Shown piece by piece: positions 1 through 12,384 of a stretch of DNA of 64,000 nt. The notes under the pieces were generated by a model. The model did not search any database. It was not told the origin of the DNA and worked only from the letters and a program-made list of their open reading frames with translations. The position numbers and the translations under genes are program-made. Position 1 is the first letter of the stretch. Every line of letters starts with the position of its first letter. Origin of the DNA: Eukaryota sp. TZLM1-RC (taxonomy: Eukaryota > Protista > Metamonada: BaSk clade); assembly GCA_040285825.1 (NCBI GenBank), contig JAUPSS010000004.1:3328550-3392549 (forward strand). The letters are read 5' to 3'.

Positions 1-305
1 TAAACAGATGTATTTTCGTTTACTATTATTATTAACACTGAAGTGCTCTACAAATATCTTCTTCTGATAAACATAATCAACTTATTGATAAAACAACCAG
101 TGTTATGGTCATAAAATGCGGTAAAATTTAGTAATGATTGCATTATTAAAACAATGAGCAATTATTCCTGGCTTTTGCTTTATCTGCCAACATGTTGCGG
201 GTGATGGACACACTGCAAATGGTGAAGATAGTGCGTTCACAATGGTCTAAAAGGGTTAAATCATCAAAAAGAAAAAGTCTAATTCCATTGTTGTAGACAT
301 TTAGA

Positions 306-744
306 ATGGTCACTGTTCCACGAGTATATGAGTCTTTCTCGCTCATCTTAGAACTTCCGTCTTCTTGAAGAGCTTGAGAAGGGCGAAAAGGGTCTCAGCT
401 CTGGTATGATATCTTATGGTCTTGATAACAACGATCGTACCCTCAGCAACTGGTCTGGCATGATTGTTGGACCTGAAAACACAGTATTTGATATGAGAAT
501 ATACTCTCTCACCTTACATTGTGACAACAACTACCCCAACAGTCCTCCTTCAGTACGATTCATTACCCGTATCAATCTTAACTGTGTAGATAGCAGCGGT
601 AACGTTATTACTTCAAAACTTCCTGTACTAAAAAATTGGAAACCAGACTACACATTGGAGACTGTTCTCAATGGAATCCGTGATACTATGAGACAATCCC
701 CCAACAAGAGTGCGAGTCAACCACCAGAAGGGTCGACTTATTAA
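306..744 (+). CDS. MMS2: Ubiquitin-conjugating enzyme E2 variant (UEV1/MMS2); exons 306-323 and 352-744
   Basis: Removing a 28-nt GT-AG intron (324-351) gives MVTVPRNFRLLEELEKGEKG...ISYGL...WSGMIVGP...RIYSL...YPNSPP...QPPEGSTY, the UEV family signature. Confidence 0.93.
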
Positions 745-1109
745 TTTTGTGTACTTACCTAAATAAACCTACTTAGTGTCTTTTTAGTAATATGCAATTC
801 AATTAGGTTATTCATATCAAAGTCAAGTTTAGCTCATTCTGTCCAAAGCCAGCTCATTGACTACAGACAAATATATATGTACATGGTATAGCCAAATTGA
901 TTTGGTCATTCATCTATTTGGATATTCAATAACCAAAATATTTCCACCCGATCCCTATAAAGGAGTTTTTGATAATCGAAAAATTGCATCCTATCAAGCT
1001 GTTGCCCAAGAGTTAAGAACAACCTTAAATATTTTACAACAGCAAGACTGAAGTACTAAATTTATACGAAAAAATAAATAAATATCTAGATTTACAACTT
1101 ACATCTTAT

Positions 1110-2405
1110 TTAAATTTTGCTTTCCTGAATATCTTCTTCATAGTAGAAACCGGGAAGCTTAATGACCTTGCTAAAGTTAAAATGAATTAAAAAACCACAT
1201 ACCTATTAACAAACATTCCGAATAAAAGAATTGAGAAACCAAACAGTTGAAGCAATGACCACCATGAAAGAGTCTCACCAAATGCAGGAGAAATGGTGTA
1301 ATGAATAAACAAGTTTACAAGCCAGATACATCCAGTACGGAGACCTTCAAGAATGGTACGCAAAATGGCATTGAAGAATTGGGTGACAAACATACCGTAA
1401 AGATTGTAACCAAGAATAACAAGGGTATAGATGACACCGGTGACAGCAATCTTAGGGTTGTTCTTCAACATGTACAAAGTATCAATGGTGTCTTCGTGGA
1501 AGTTTCCAAAGAAACCTTGCTTGGGAAGTTTAGCCATGATGAATAACAAACCAACTCCGACAATTCCACCATAGAGACCTTCAAGACCGACAATAAGAAC
1601 TAGAATGAGATTTGTGAAAGGTCATACCAGGGGGGGCATTCATGTTCTTCATGATCTTTTCTTCACAAACAAGCTGAGTTGCTTGAATGATTTGAGCAAA
1701 TACAGTTAAGCAAATACCAGCTAATTGAAGAGCAGGAGTAACACCTCCAGCTTCGGAACCAGGATCAGCAGGACCGAGGACGGAACTCACAGCAACTGTG
1801 AAAAGACCAGTAACGACAATCATTACAGACATCCATTTATAACGAGGAAGTTGCTTCTTCAAGACAAACTTCGTGAGAATGGCGGAAAAGACGGTCATAG
1901 AACCTCTAAGCATTTGCCAGATACTGGGAGCAATGAACAGTAGACCAATATTCATAAGAATAGTGGCAGCAAGATCAAAGAGAGCAGGAGCACCAACAAC
2001 TAAGTAATACATTAAGTGAGAGGGCTTGGCCTTCTCCTCAGCACTCTGGATATCCGAAGCTTCAGTGGTCAACAAGTTATCGCCATTCTTCTTGTCCTTT
2101 CTTTTGTTGATAAATCGTTGAATTTCAAAAATTACAAGACACCAGAACTGAGATGAGATTTAGATAGTAAGAAATACCATTCCGAGAAACATAGCATTGG
2201 TTTGAAACATGAGGTGAGATGAATCACTGATACATACCATGGTTTTCTGAAAGTGTGGTCGGCAATACCGGGCCGGCCTTCACCTTTCATAGAAAAGATA
2301 AGCTTCTGGATGACGACGGTGAAGGTACTGCGATAAGAACCAACATGATAGAACATTCCCGAAACCGAGCATCCCAGGGATGGAGAGAGACTTTGCAGAC
2401 ACCAT
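1110..2405 (-). CDS. SLC35F-type drug/metabolite (nucleotide-sugar-like) transporter, 6 exons; introns 2328-2358, 2209-2237, 2148-2177, 1600-1627, 1171-1202
   Basis: Spliced product reads GMLGFGTFT...FRKPWFQTNAMFLGM...PALFDLAATIL...SIWQMLRGS...QIIQATQLVCEEK...VGLEGLYG...RTILEGLRT...FGETLSWWSLLQLFGF, matching SLC35F6-like motifs, with many hydrophobic segments. Confidence 0.85.
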
Positions 2406-2486
2406 AGTTGAAAGACTATAAGAAGGAGAGAGGTTTAGCAAGAGAAAGAACTTTGCAATAAATAATAATTGTGAGGCAATAATATC

Positions 2487-4860
2487 TATTGAATTTGCAC
2501 ACTTAATTAAATTAACTCATAACTAATGGGACGACTATCATTGAACCAAGATTTTCTCTACAAAATCTTGATCTGCTTGCTGTCTAGCTAAAGCTTCTCT
2601 TATTCGATTGAAAAACCGAGATAATCTATTAATAATGGCAAATTGAATCCGAGAACGCCATAAAAAAATATCAAATCTTTTCATTGTTTTTTCTTGCACC
2701 ATTTTTTGGAAGTCATTCAAAAAAGTTTCTGCTTCATCTGATAATCCTCCATTTATCGAAAATGGGAAAGCAATAAAAACCAGCTGTGTATTTCTATCGG
2801 CATTAGCCTCTTCAATATCTTTATCATATTTTCTATGTTTCTCTTTTGCTTCAAAATCAAGAGCAGTCACAGGATTAGGTTTTCTTCTGTGAACCAAAGT
2901 ATCATTTGCAACATTACATGAGACAAAGTCAACAATAGCTTCAGAATTATCAATCCAATCACAGTATACATCACCTCTATCATCAGAACCAAAATTATTC
3001 AAAGAAAGTGTTTCCTTCAGCAGATGCTCTGTGATACACGATATTCTTGCAGTTTGTGCCATATTGAAAACAGTGTCTCTAACAGCATCATGTAATGAAG
3101 AACGATAAGTTATCAAATTTGAGCAAGTTAGAGCATGGCGCAAAGTGAGTTGAGGTGAATTCGAACAAATACATTTTTCTTTTGATAATAATTGATTAAT
3201 GGGGATATTCAAATATAATCTCATTTTTGTTACAAACGCCTCATTAATAGCACACAGTCCAAATCTTCGTGGTACAGTGGTTACAAAAAGTGAAAAATCT
3301 GATGACTTACTTTCACAAACACCCTTTTCCAATAACAATGAGTGAAGATATTGATTTAAAACAGCCGAGCTGCATATATTATTATAAAGATCATTTTCAT
3401 ACATTCCAGTCAAACGTTTCTGTAATGTTCGAAGAGTGTACTTCAAATTTAAAACATTCTTTTCTGGAATATTGCCATTGAATGATTGGGGAAAGCATCG
3501 ACCCCATTTTTCTGCATCAATTTTTGAATATTCTTCATTTAATGCAAAAACAGTGGAAATTTGCGTTGCCATCAATAAATCTTCCCAATCTGCAAATCTT
3601 TCGGAAAACTCAAAAATTGTATTTCTGCATCCACCAACAAAAGCACACGAGGTAAGAATAGAAGCCTTCGTCCACCCTAAACCGCCATAATGTGGACTAA
3701 GGTAAGCATGGTCTGGAATTTGGAACATTTTACATCCCAGTAATTGTGACAGAATTTTTGCACGTAATTCATTAAACTTCTGAGCCAAAGGCCTAGTGAC
3801 AAGAGGATTTGTAGATCGAAATATATGATTGAAATTGGAACTAAAACACAGTCTTATAATGGTAAATTTGATGTGTTTTTGTATATCTAAATTCATCATT
3901 CGGTCAATTTTGTCGGAAATTGAGTTCAACTTTTCAAACATTTTTTTGGTAATTTCATCATTATTTCCTAAAAACGAACCCCAATGACGAATAGCATCAA
4001 TTGAATATAATTTGGCTTAAATTTCAATACCATCAACTATTGTGGATACTGGAGAATTCGATAACAAAACACATTTAAGTAAATTAAGTCGGAGACCAAT
4101 TTTGGTAAATAATTCTTTAAAACATACAGTTGCTTGTTTCACAATATTTAAATCACCAATAAGCACAACATCATCCATATATGCAATCATTTTTAGCGGA
4201 GGAAACATCTCTTGAATTTGCAATAAAATAGGATGAATGGCCAAACAAAACAAAAGAGGTCCTAACGGATCTCCTTGCTTTACACCACTTGATGAACTCA
4301 AAATGCAATTATCAAAATGTAAATTAGAATATGTGCTATATGTTGATGGAAAATACGGCATTATTTCTGGCATATATTGCAATAAGGCACCATGGATAAT
4401 GCGACGACTGAGTGAATTGAATGCATTACTAAAATCCAATGACATACAAACATTGTATTCATTTTGGCGAAATAATACATCTGTAGTAGTATCACTGAAG
4501 AGACTCTATTAGTGGTATTAATTCCATATTGAAAGGGTAATAAAATCTTTTTTGCTTTCTCATTGAACCTGCTCAAGCAACACGCAGAAAAAATATTATC
4601 TAAGCTCTCAGAGACTGCAATAGGTCGAACATCCATTTTTGAATTTTTGCCAAGTGCAGTCAAACGAGAACTTCTTAATTCTTCTGGATATCTGAGTTGA
4701 CCAGTCAATATTTTGTTGAAAAATTTGGTTAATAAACCAAGACAATCCTCTGAAGAAATAATTGCGGCTTTTACATGATCGATAGTAATACCAGAAAGTG
4801 AGGCAGACTTACCGCGACTTTTTACCAATTCATCTTGATAGACGTTAAGCATACTTTATT
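2487..4860 (-). mobile_element. 5'-truncated, frameshifted CRE/SLACS-like non-LTR retrotransposon (RT plus C-terminal restriction-like endonuclease)
   Basis: RT motifs VRPIAVSE, LDFSNAFNS, GVKQGDPLGPLLF, AYMDD; C-terminal CIC..H..C, HDAVRD, RGD..D, KEKHRKY typical of RLE. The 3' UTR is shared with other copies in the window. Confidence 0.85.
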
Positions 4861-5462
4861 TCTTTCACTGTATGATATCACGATCAAATGATAGTTAAAG
4901 TAGCAACATCACAATACACGTACAGGTACGCAATACATGGAATGACACTTATCTACGGGGTCTCCGGAACGCCTCAGGTCTTTCATTGTAGTAGTGCTCA
5001 CTTATGGCAATCCCCAACTGGTTTCTAGAGGCTGAGATGTCCCTCGACCAGATTGTTTGACATTAAGGGCAAACAAACTTATCATTGTTCACCCTCCCAT
5101 CATCGTGATACAACTTTTGATTGAATATCTTACGGCAATTCGTTTTGGCAGATGTGTAGAATTCATCTCCATTAGGCTTCACATATGTAAAATGTTTCTG
5201 AATCTCCTTCGAAAAGCGCTCCCTTGGGGTTTTCACAGATTGTCTTGATGGCCCGTCACCTCCACTACCTAACCAAATTATGGTTTCTCTTCTATTAGCC
5301 ATTAGTTTAATTTTTTCAATTAATCCAATTATCCTTTTTTGTTCTTTTCTTATGATGCCGTTAGGCAGAAATACCAAAGATGAAAAGAAGAAAAGAGAGT
5401 TAGTTTATCGGTAACAACAACACTACTTCTTCCCATTTTCTTTCAACAGTTTCGTAAATTAT

Positions 5463-6215
5463 TTAGCAAAATGAAGATAGGGGATTTGTGAGATACTGCG
5501 GCACGTGGTGTAGATGATTTACTTCGTGCTTAACTTTTGAGGGGCAATCACGAGCTAGATGACCTTTCTGATGACATTTGAAACATGTCCCGTCAGTCAA
5601 ATTGCGAGACCTATGGGATGAACGAGACTTAATACCAGCTTGACGCACAGAGTCAGTATTTTCAGAAACAGTCTTTGAAGATCTGTTCCAAGAAGCTACT
5701 CGCGTGCAATCAAGTAGTTCATCCTCTGCGGTATTCACCAATGTAGGAAAATCGGGGAATACCTCGTCCCGAATTTGAGAAATTAGAGATTTCTGCAGTC
5801 CTAATGGAAGAATACCCTTGGCGAATCTGATCATGAAGGCTGAGTCAGGCAATTTCAGTCCGGAAGCCCTGCTTTTCGCCTGAAGAAAACGTCTCAGGTA
5901 GCAGGACATATGTTCACGGACGTCGCCCTTACGGACATCAACCTTCAACTCAGACATCACCAAGTTGAATTCCTCGTACAAGGAAAACGAGGTGGAGGAT
6001 CTTAAATGATCCAGAAACACCTCATCGGATGAATCAACCCCAGGTCTTGGGAGAACCAATGATTCTAACAAGAAGCGGTCAACGAGGAGCCTTGCTGGAA
6101 CAAGGTCCTTCTTCGGTGTAACAGAAGAGTACACCTTCCACTGTTGTAGGAACAACAGGACGTCATCCACTTCCATAGAAGCAATGGACGGATGTAGTAC
6201 GCGTGTAGATATCAT
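5463..6215 (-). CDS. gag: Gag-like protein with CCHC zinc knuckle (copy 2)
   Basis: Intact ~250 aa ORF from ATG 6215 with CFKCHQKGHLARDC, between LTRs. Confidence 0.8.
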   Translation of the reverse strand: MISTRVLHPSIASMEVDDVLLFLQQWKVYSSVTPKKDLVPARLLVDRFLLESLVLPRPGVDSSDEVFLDHLRSSTSFSLYEEFNLVMSELKVDVRKGDVREHMSCYLRRFLQAKSRASGLKLPDSAFMIRFAKGILPLGLQKSLISQIRDEVFPDFPTLVNTAEDELLDCTRVASWNRSSKTVSENTDSVRQAGIKSRSSHRSRNLTDGTCFKCHQKGHLARDCPSKVKHEVNHLHHVPQYLTNPLSSFC

Positions 6216-6348
6216 CGGCAATGAGGGCCAATAATTATTGATGCCGTTAGGCAAAAATACCAAAGATGAAAAGAAGAAAAGAGAGTTAGTTTATCGGTAA
6301 CAACAACACTACTTCTTCCCATTTTCTTTCAACAGTTTCGTAAATTAT

Positions 6349-7101
6349 TTAGCAAAATGAAGATAGGGGATTTGTGAGATACTGCGGCACGTGGTGTAGA
6401 TGATTTACTTCGTGCTTAACTTTTGAGGGGCAATCACGAGCTAGATGACCTTTCTGATGACATTTGAAACATGTCCCGTCAGTCAAATTGCGAGACCTAT
6501 GGGATGAACGAGACTTAATACCAGCTTGACGCACAGAGTCAGTATTTTCAGAAACAGTCTTTGAAGATCTGTTCCAAGAAGCTACTCGCGTGCAATCAAG
6601 TAGTTCATCCTCTGCGGTATTCACCAATGTAGGAAAATCGGGGAATACCTCGTCCCGAATTTGAGAAATTAGAGATTTCTGCAGTCCTAATGGAAGAATA
6701 CCCTTGGCGAATCTGATCATGAAGGCTGAGTCAGGCAATTTCAGTCCGGAAGCCCTGCTTTTCGCCTGAAGAAAACGTCTCAGGTAGCAGGACATATGTT
6801 CACGGACGTCGCCCTTACGGACATCAACCTTCAACTCAGACATCACCAAGTTGAATTCCTCGTACAAGGAAAACGAGGTGGAGGATCTTAAATGATCCAG
6901 AAACACCTCATCGGATGAATCAACCCCAGGTCTTGGGAGAACCAATGATTCTAACAAGAAGCGGTCAACGAGGAGCCTTGCTGGAACAAGGTCCTTCTTC
7001 GGTGTAACAGAAGAGTACACCTTCCACTGTTGTAGGAACAACAGGACGTCATCCACTTCCATAGAAGCAATGGACGGATGTAGTACGCGTGTAGATATCA
7101 T
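6349..7101 (-). CDS. gag: Gag-like protein with CCHC zinc knuckle (copy 1)
   Basis: Protein from the ATG is identical to copy 2; CFKCHQKGHLARDC. Confidence 0.8.
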   Translation of the reverse strand: MISTRVLHPSIASMEVDDVLLFLQQWKVYSSVTPKKDLVPARLLVDRFLLESLVLPRPGVDSSDEVFLDHLRSSTSFSLYEEFNLVMSELKVDVRKGDVREHMSCYLRRFLQAKSRASGLKLPDSAFMIRFAKGILPLGLQKSLISQIRDEVFPDFPTLVNTAEDELLDCTRVASWNRSSKTVSENTDSVRQAGIKSRSSHRSRNLTDGTCFKCHQKGHLARDCPSKVKHEVNHLHHVPQYLTNPLSSFC

Positions 7102-10100
7102 CTGCAATGAGGGCCAATAATTATTGATGCCGTTAGGCAGAAATACCAAAGAAGAAAAGAAGAAAAGAGAGTTAGCTTATCAGTAACAACAACACTTATA
7201 AAGAAATCAAACTTTTTGCGGCGTAGGGCTCGGCGATCTCCATTCATCAGCAGTTGGTTCAATATAGTCCTCGGACGGAAGTCGGGATTGCTGATTTCTT
7301 CTTGTGTTGGTACCCCTGCGAATGGCGTTGCTACTTCATTAAGATATTTGTATAAATTCCGTACGAAATAGCAATTTGGGGATGCATGGGTCAGGACCGG
7401 GGGGTGAATGATTTTCCTTGCTTTTGGATTCAGAACAAGTCCCGAAAGTTGATGATCAACATTGTTTTTATCAATTTTTGATCCAATTGAATAACCACAA
7501 TCAATTGCACAAAATGAATGTTCAATTGGATCAACTGGAGGAGGCTCGTAGGTGTCATCGGTTCTTCGACGTTGCCTAGGACGAACCTGTTTTTGAAGTT
7601 TGGAGTTTCGCTTTCGACTCTTGGCAGGTATATCGAGTTTCCCACTGGCTATGGTGGTTGCCACTTCTCTGGCTGTCCGGCGATTCTTATTTTTTTGCGG
7701 GAAAGGAAAAAGTGAAGCGGATTGAAACAGCATCTGACGTAATTGTGTAAGTGAGATACTTCTTTTGGGAAAAGGCCAAACGGATTTTTCAGCAGACAGT
7801 GGTTAGCATTAAAAAAGAGAAAATGCTTTTCCAGTTTTTGACTAAAATGGATAAAGCCAGGAGAATAACTGGCGGATGGGCACACGGCATTTCTTCGCAT
7901 GGTGTCAGATGCAATATTTTCCAGAAAGGATAAAGTATTTAGCCCAGCAGTGAATAAGAAGGTGATGTTGTCTGGATTGAGATCAACATTGTCCAGCATC
8001 AACATAGTGTCAAAACGATAAGGGTCGGCAACCTGCTCAGTAAATAGGTCCATTATGTACTCATGGTGATCTTTATCATACCATGTGCGCAAAGAGTCAG
8101 GAATAGTGGCTGCAGTCGTGTTCACCACTATTGAAGCATTTTTCTTTGGATAAGGGCACTCAAAGAAGGTAGCCATTGTCCGGAAGAAGTCCAGCTTCCA
8201 AGAGACAGGGCCATCAGTAAGTATTTGACAAAAGCTGTTCGCCATTCGCAGTGCGCGAAAGCTTCTAATGTCAGAGTGGCACCAGTTGTCGGTTCCCTTC
8301 TAAAAGCCAATAGGAGAAAACGGCCAGCCAGGTCGGAAAGAGTGATCATTGAGTGCGCGGTACACTTCCATGTGATTCTCGAATGGGCATCTCACAGTCG
8401 GATGAGGTACCATTACAATGTCTTGCCATGGATACCAAAACTGTTGTTGATATAACCAGAAAGCCATTTCCGGATATTGCAAGACGAACAGCTGTGCTAA
8501 CCAGGCAGCAAGCACAGTGACAGTTCGAACATAGCGAAACTGTCTTTCCATTAAAACAAGAGCTGCAGTAGAGAAGAACTGAGCAACACTTGCTGGAAGT
8601 GTCGTCTTGCTGTCGTTTTTGGTTGCTCAAAACGGTTAACCTCCCAGGGGAGTACATGCCTTCAACGTGGCAACTCTGGATTTTCCATTGGGAATGTCAG
8701 TCAAGGAAACTTCAGACAGTCAACAATAAAATTTCATTTAATCACAACTTCTTATATCTATAAAAAGTTGAAACATCAGCAAAACGATAATTCAACACTA
8801 TAATACGTGATACTCAAGCTGGCTAAACTATTTTCTTTCTTGAACAGGCTACAGGTGAAGAAGTTGTTTCAGGTGATAACAGCAGCATATTCAATCAAGG
8901 GAACGTTTTGTTTCAATGAGTTTGTATATAGTCTTGTTTCATAACGTTACTTGAGGATCTCATCTCATGAACTGTGTTTTGTGGTAACTCGAAGAATGCT
9001 GCTTTCTATCCATGCTTATTAGTGAAATATTGCTCTTAGCTTTCTGTTCCACACTTTTTTCAAAATTTTAAATAAAATCGGCACTGTGATCCGGCTTTTT
9101 GGCCAACATTAAATCATTTTTCAATCTCTTCTTTTTTGTTTGAATCTTGTAAATGCATTGGGGTCTTTTATATCAACATCACATTTAGCTTTCCCCTCTC
9201 TATTGTTTTGGACACAAACAGTACATCTTCTACTGGTATGACACTAATCTAGCCAGTACACTTTAATACAAATTTTTCTGAGAATTTTTCTCAGTACATC
9301 ACCTCGGATATTGTTGGTTTTTCGTCTCTTCCTTTTCTTTCCAATCGTCAAAGCCAATAACAATATCATTAGATATCTGCATTTAATGGGTGTTTAATCA
9401 GTAAGTTCAGTTGGTCTCACTCCTTTACTTATTTATGGATTTGAATAGAGCTAAACACCTCAAGAGGGGATGTTGGTGAATTGGCAGGCAAAAATAGAAT
9501 ACAAACACAAATTGGAGTCCAATTGATCACGACAAACAATTAGCATAGAAATCAATCCAATACAGCACCACCTTAATTATTCTATATCACGAATCAAGTA
9601 CTTCAGAATTTATAACGAACTATTCTTATATTCCAATTGGCCATTTATGTTGAAGAAAACCATAACTTTTAAACTTTCTCTTCTTAACTTTTACTTTAAC
9701 TCGCTTTAAATTAGGTTCTGTATTGTTCTAAATTGATAAAGTATCTTAACAAAATGGTGTTAGAGTAAAAGTTTTCATTTTGGCAAAAAGGAAAATTTTT
9801 ACAATTACAATTACAGTTACAATTCATCAAATGTGATAGTGGTGACACACCATGATTGCACTGGGGTATCACTGAAGTCATTGTGGATTGGGCTTCGTGT
9901 GATGTTGCAAATGACACTTTGATTCTGTGAAAAAATTAGAACCTGTAGAATCGCTTGGATTCGAAGCAAAAAAAGACCCAAAAAATAATATTTCAATATT
10001 CATGAAGCTAATACGGTTTCAGATGAACAGCTTGCCATTGATACTTTTCTTTTGTTTGAAGAATGGAAGACTTTTAGTTGAAGTGGAGGATATTTATTGA

Positions 10101-10267
10101 AGAACTTCCAAAAAATGATTCAAATAAAACGTTTGAGAAAATGCAATTATTCCTAAATCATTGAAGTTTGTAAATTGAATCAGAGTACTTGTAGCATTAA
10201 TGACATTAGGATTTTTTGCAAAAGAAATATTCATAAAATATAATAATTAATGAGATTCATAGAATAA

Positions 10268-12340
10268 TTGAGTAATAAATCAGACTTAGGTAATGATTTT
10301 GGACATTCCACATTTAGACATAATTTAGATGAGTTGGGCTGTAGAATATGCCTGGAAGACATTAGGGACGAGGAACGCCTAGTCGTGCTACTCGAAAAAT
10401 ATAGAAATGTATTTAGTGGACTACCTCACCCGGATGGAATTGATTGTCAGCCGATTACCATTCCATTTTATGACGAGAGTAAGGTCGTCAAAAGGAAACC
10501 TTGAAGATTAAACCTAGAAAAACAATGGGTAGCCGAGGAAATCTTTAACGAATTGATCTGTAATGGATCTGCTGTGCCCGCAAAGTCTCAATTCAGTAGT
10601 CCCATCTGTCTTGTGATTTACCCTGCTCACAGGAAACCACGATTAACTGGCGATTCTAGTGGTATTGGTGAAGTAAATGATTTAACTAAACCTGTAGAGG
10701 CAAATTTGCCCAGGATTAGCGACATTTTAGAGTTTCTAAGTAAAGCTAATTATATAGCAACTCTAGATTTACCTAAGGCATTTTGGCAGCTCAAAATTGC
10801 AGAAGAGGATATTGATAAAACTACCGTATCAATTCCCGGGATGTCGATCAGTTTTTTATAGGGCTTGTTTTGGTTTGAAGAACGTTCCTGCAGTCTTTCA
10901 AAACATGATGATGGAAATTTTTGATTCCGAAGGTGTATTTAGATCTATCTATGATATTATAATAGTAGCTTCAACCTTGGATGAATTTCTATCAAGAGTA
11001 GGTAAGTTCCTAGAACGCGCCAAATGTTTTAGAGTTAACCTGGGCCTACCCAAGTGTAGCTTTACCACTTTCAAACACGAAATAAAAATTCTAGGTAGTA
11101 CTTTTGTAAACAAAACCCGTTATATTGACGAGACAAGGATTGAGGGACTGATCAACCTACCCAAACCCAGGACATTACCTGAAGTTAGGAGTTTTATAGG
11201 TTCGATCAATTATATACGTGATTGGTTGCCAAATTTGTCTGATTTGATAGAACCAATCAACAAATTAACCAGAAACAAACCACCAAAAATCAAGTGGACT
11301 TCTGATCATGACGAGGCCTTTGATAAGATTATAAGTCTTATTAAAGCGAATATCCCTCTAGAACTGCCCTCAGAAGACAAGCATATTTTAATAAGTGCTG
11401 ACGCGTCTGATGTGGCGGTAGGTGGAGTAATATGGCAAGAAGCTAACCCACCCAAAGATCCTACGACACCGCTAATTAGGAGAAAGGTTGTACCTATTGC
11501 CATCTTTAGCAGATTATTATCAAATTCACAGAAGAATTGGTATGTACTTCAAAAAAAGTTGTATGCAATTTTATTAATTCTCACTGCCAGTAGTTGAGAA
11601 AATTATTTAATTTCGAAGAAATTAACTATATTCACTGATCACAGAAACTTAGCATACCTTATATGAGCTCCTAAAAAGAACAGAATGGTGAAGAGGTGGC
11701 TACCAATATTGTCAGAATTCAATTTTGATGTAGTACACACTGCAGGCGAGGAGAATTACTGGGCAGACATGTTGTCTAGATTGGTTGATACCAAACCCAA
11801 AACCCCTCGAGTCCAACAAGTGATAAACTTGACACCTCACAGAGTTGAAGAACTATTACCCTATTTAAATTTATTAACTAGAGTTAATTTGTTAAGGGAT
11901 GATATTACTCAACCGTCCACAATTGAGCTACCCACGATCAATAGCTTATCTGCATTAAAAAAAGCAGTTGAGGATACTAAATTTGATCTATTTGATACTT
12001 GGATCTCAAAGATTAGGCAAGAACAACTTATAGATGTTGATTCAATACCCTGATTATAAAGATTACAAATATACTTCTGATATTCAATTGTATACCAACA
12101 ATCGTGGGAAGATTGTTATCCCAGATAGTTTAAAGAAGCAGGCTTTAACTATCATTCATTGACATGCAAATGTTGGCCATCCGAGTGTGACAACTAGCGT
12201 AAAGAAATTACTCAATAGTGATGACTTCTGGCCAGACATGCGCAAAGACAAGATTAATCATATTTAGAGATGCCAGCATGTCAGAAGACGGCACATGTGC
12301 CTAAAATTGTCATTGAACCATCTGGCTCTCTTTCTGTTAC
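10268..12340 (+). mobile_element. Degenerate Ty3/gypsy pol (RT, RNase H, start of integrase)
   Basis: ATLDLPKAFWQ, FGLKNVPAVFQ, EVRSFIGSINY, ADASDVAVGG, FTDHRNL, RWLPILSEFNFDVVH..GEENYWADMLSR, then an H..GHP..FWP..C..CQ integrase zinc motif; multiple stops and frameshifts. Confidence 0.88.
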
Positions 12341-12384
12341 TGCCTTACCTTACAGCATCAGCTCATCAAATATGAAATCTAAAC

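Larger units (their letters stand above)
5353..7194 (-). mobile_element. Tandem gag-only mini LTR retroelement (LTR-gag-LTR-gag-LTR); 70-bp LTRs at 7125-7194, 6239-6308, 5353-5422
   Basis: LTRs start TG and end CA on the minus strand. 4-bp TSD TAAG at 7195-7198 and 5349-5352. Polypurine tract GAAAGAAAATGGGAAGAAGTAG precedes the downstream LTRs. Unit period 886 bp. Confidence 0.88.
4949..8688 (-). pseudogene. Fanzor (TnpB-like RuvC nuclease) locus A, split by a mini-LTR insertion at 5353-7194, with additional stops and frameshifts
   Basis: RuvC-I FCAIDCG (ORF 7098-7733). Removing the insertion and one TAAG restores RRKKFDFFIRKEQKRIIG. RuvC-II GDEFYTS, then VCP*CQTIWSRDISASRN (Zn finger/RuvC-III) and terminal RPEAF, stop at 4949-4951. 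Confidence 0.85.

Noticed and set aside
5353-7194. CRISPR-like array or long target-site duplication (three 70-bp repeats)
   Set aside because: The spacers are 816-bp gag units; TG...CA ends, a PPT and a 4-bp TSD identify the repeats as LTRs.
8700-10260. Degraded coding-like sequence between Fanzor A and gypsy pol
   Set aside because: Many stops in all frames and no motif I can assign with confidence; it may include gypsy protease remains.
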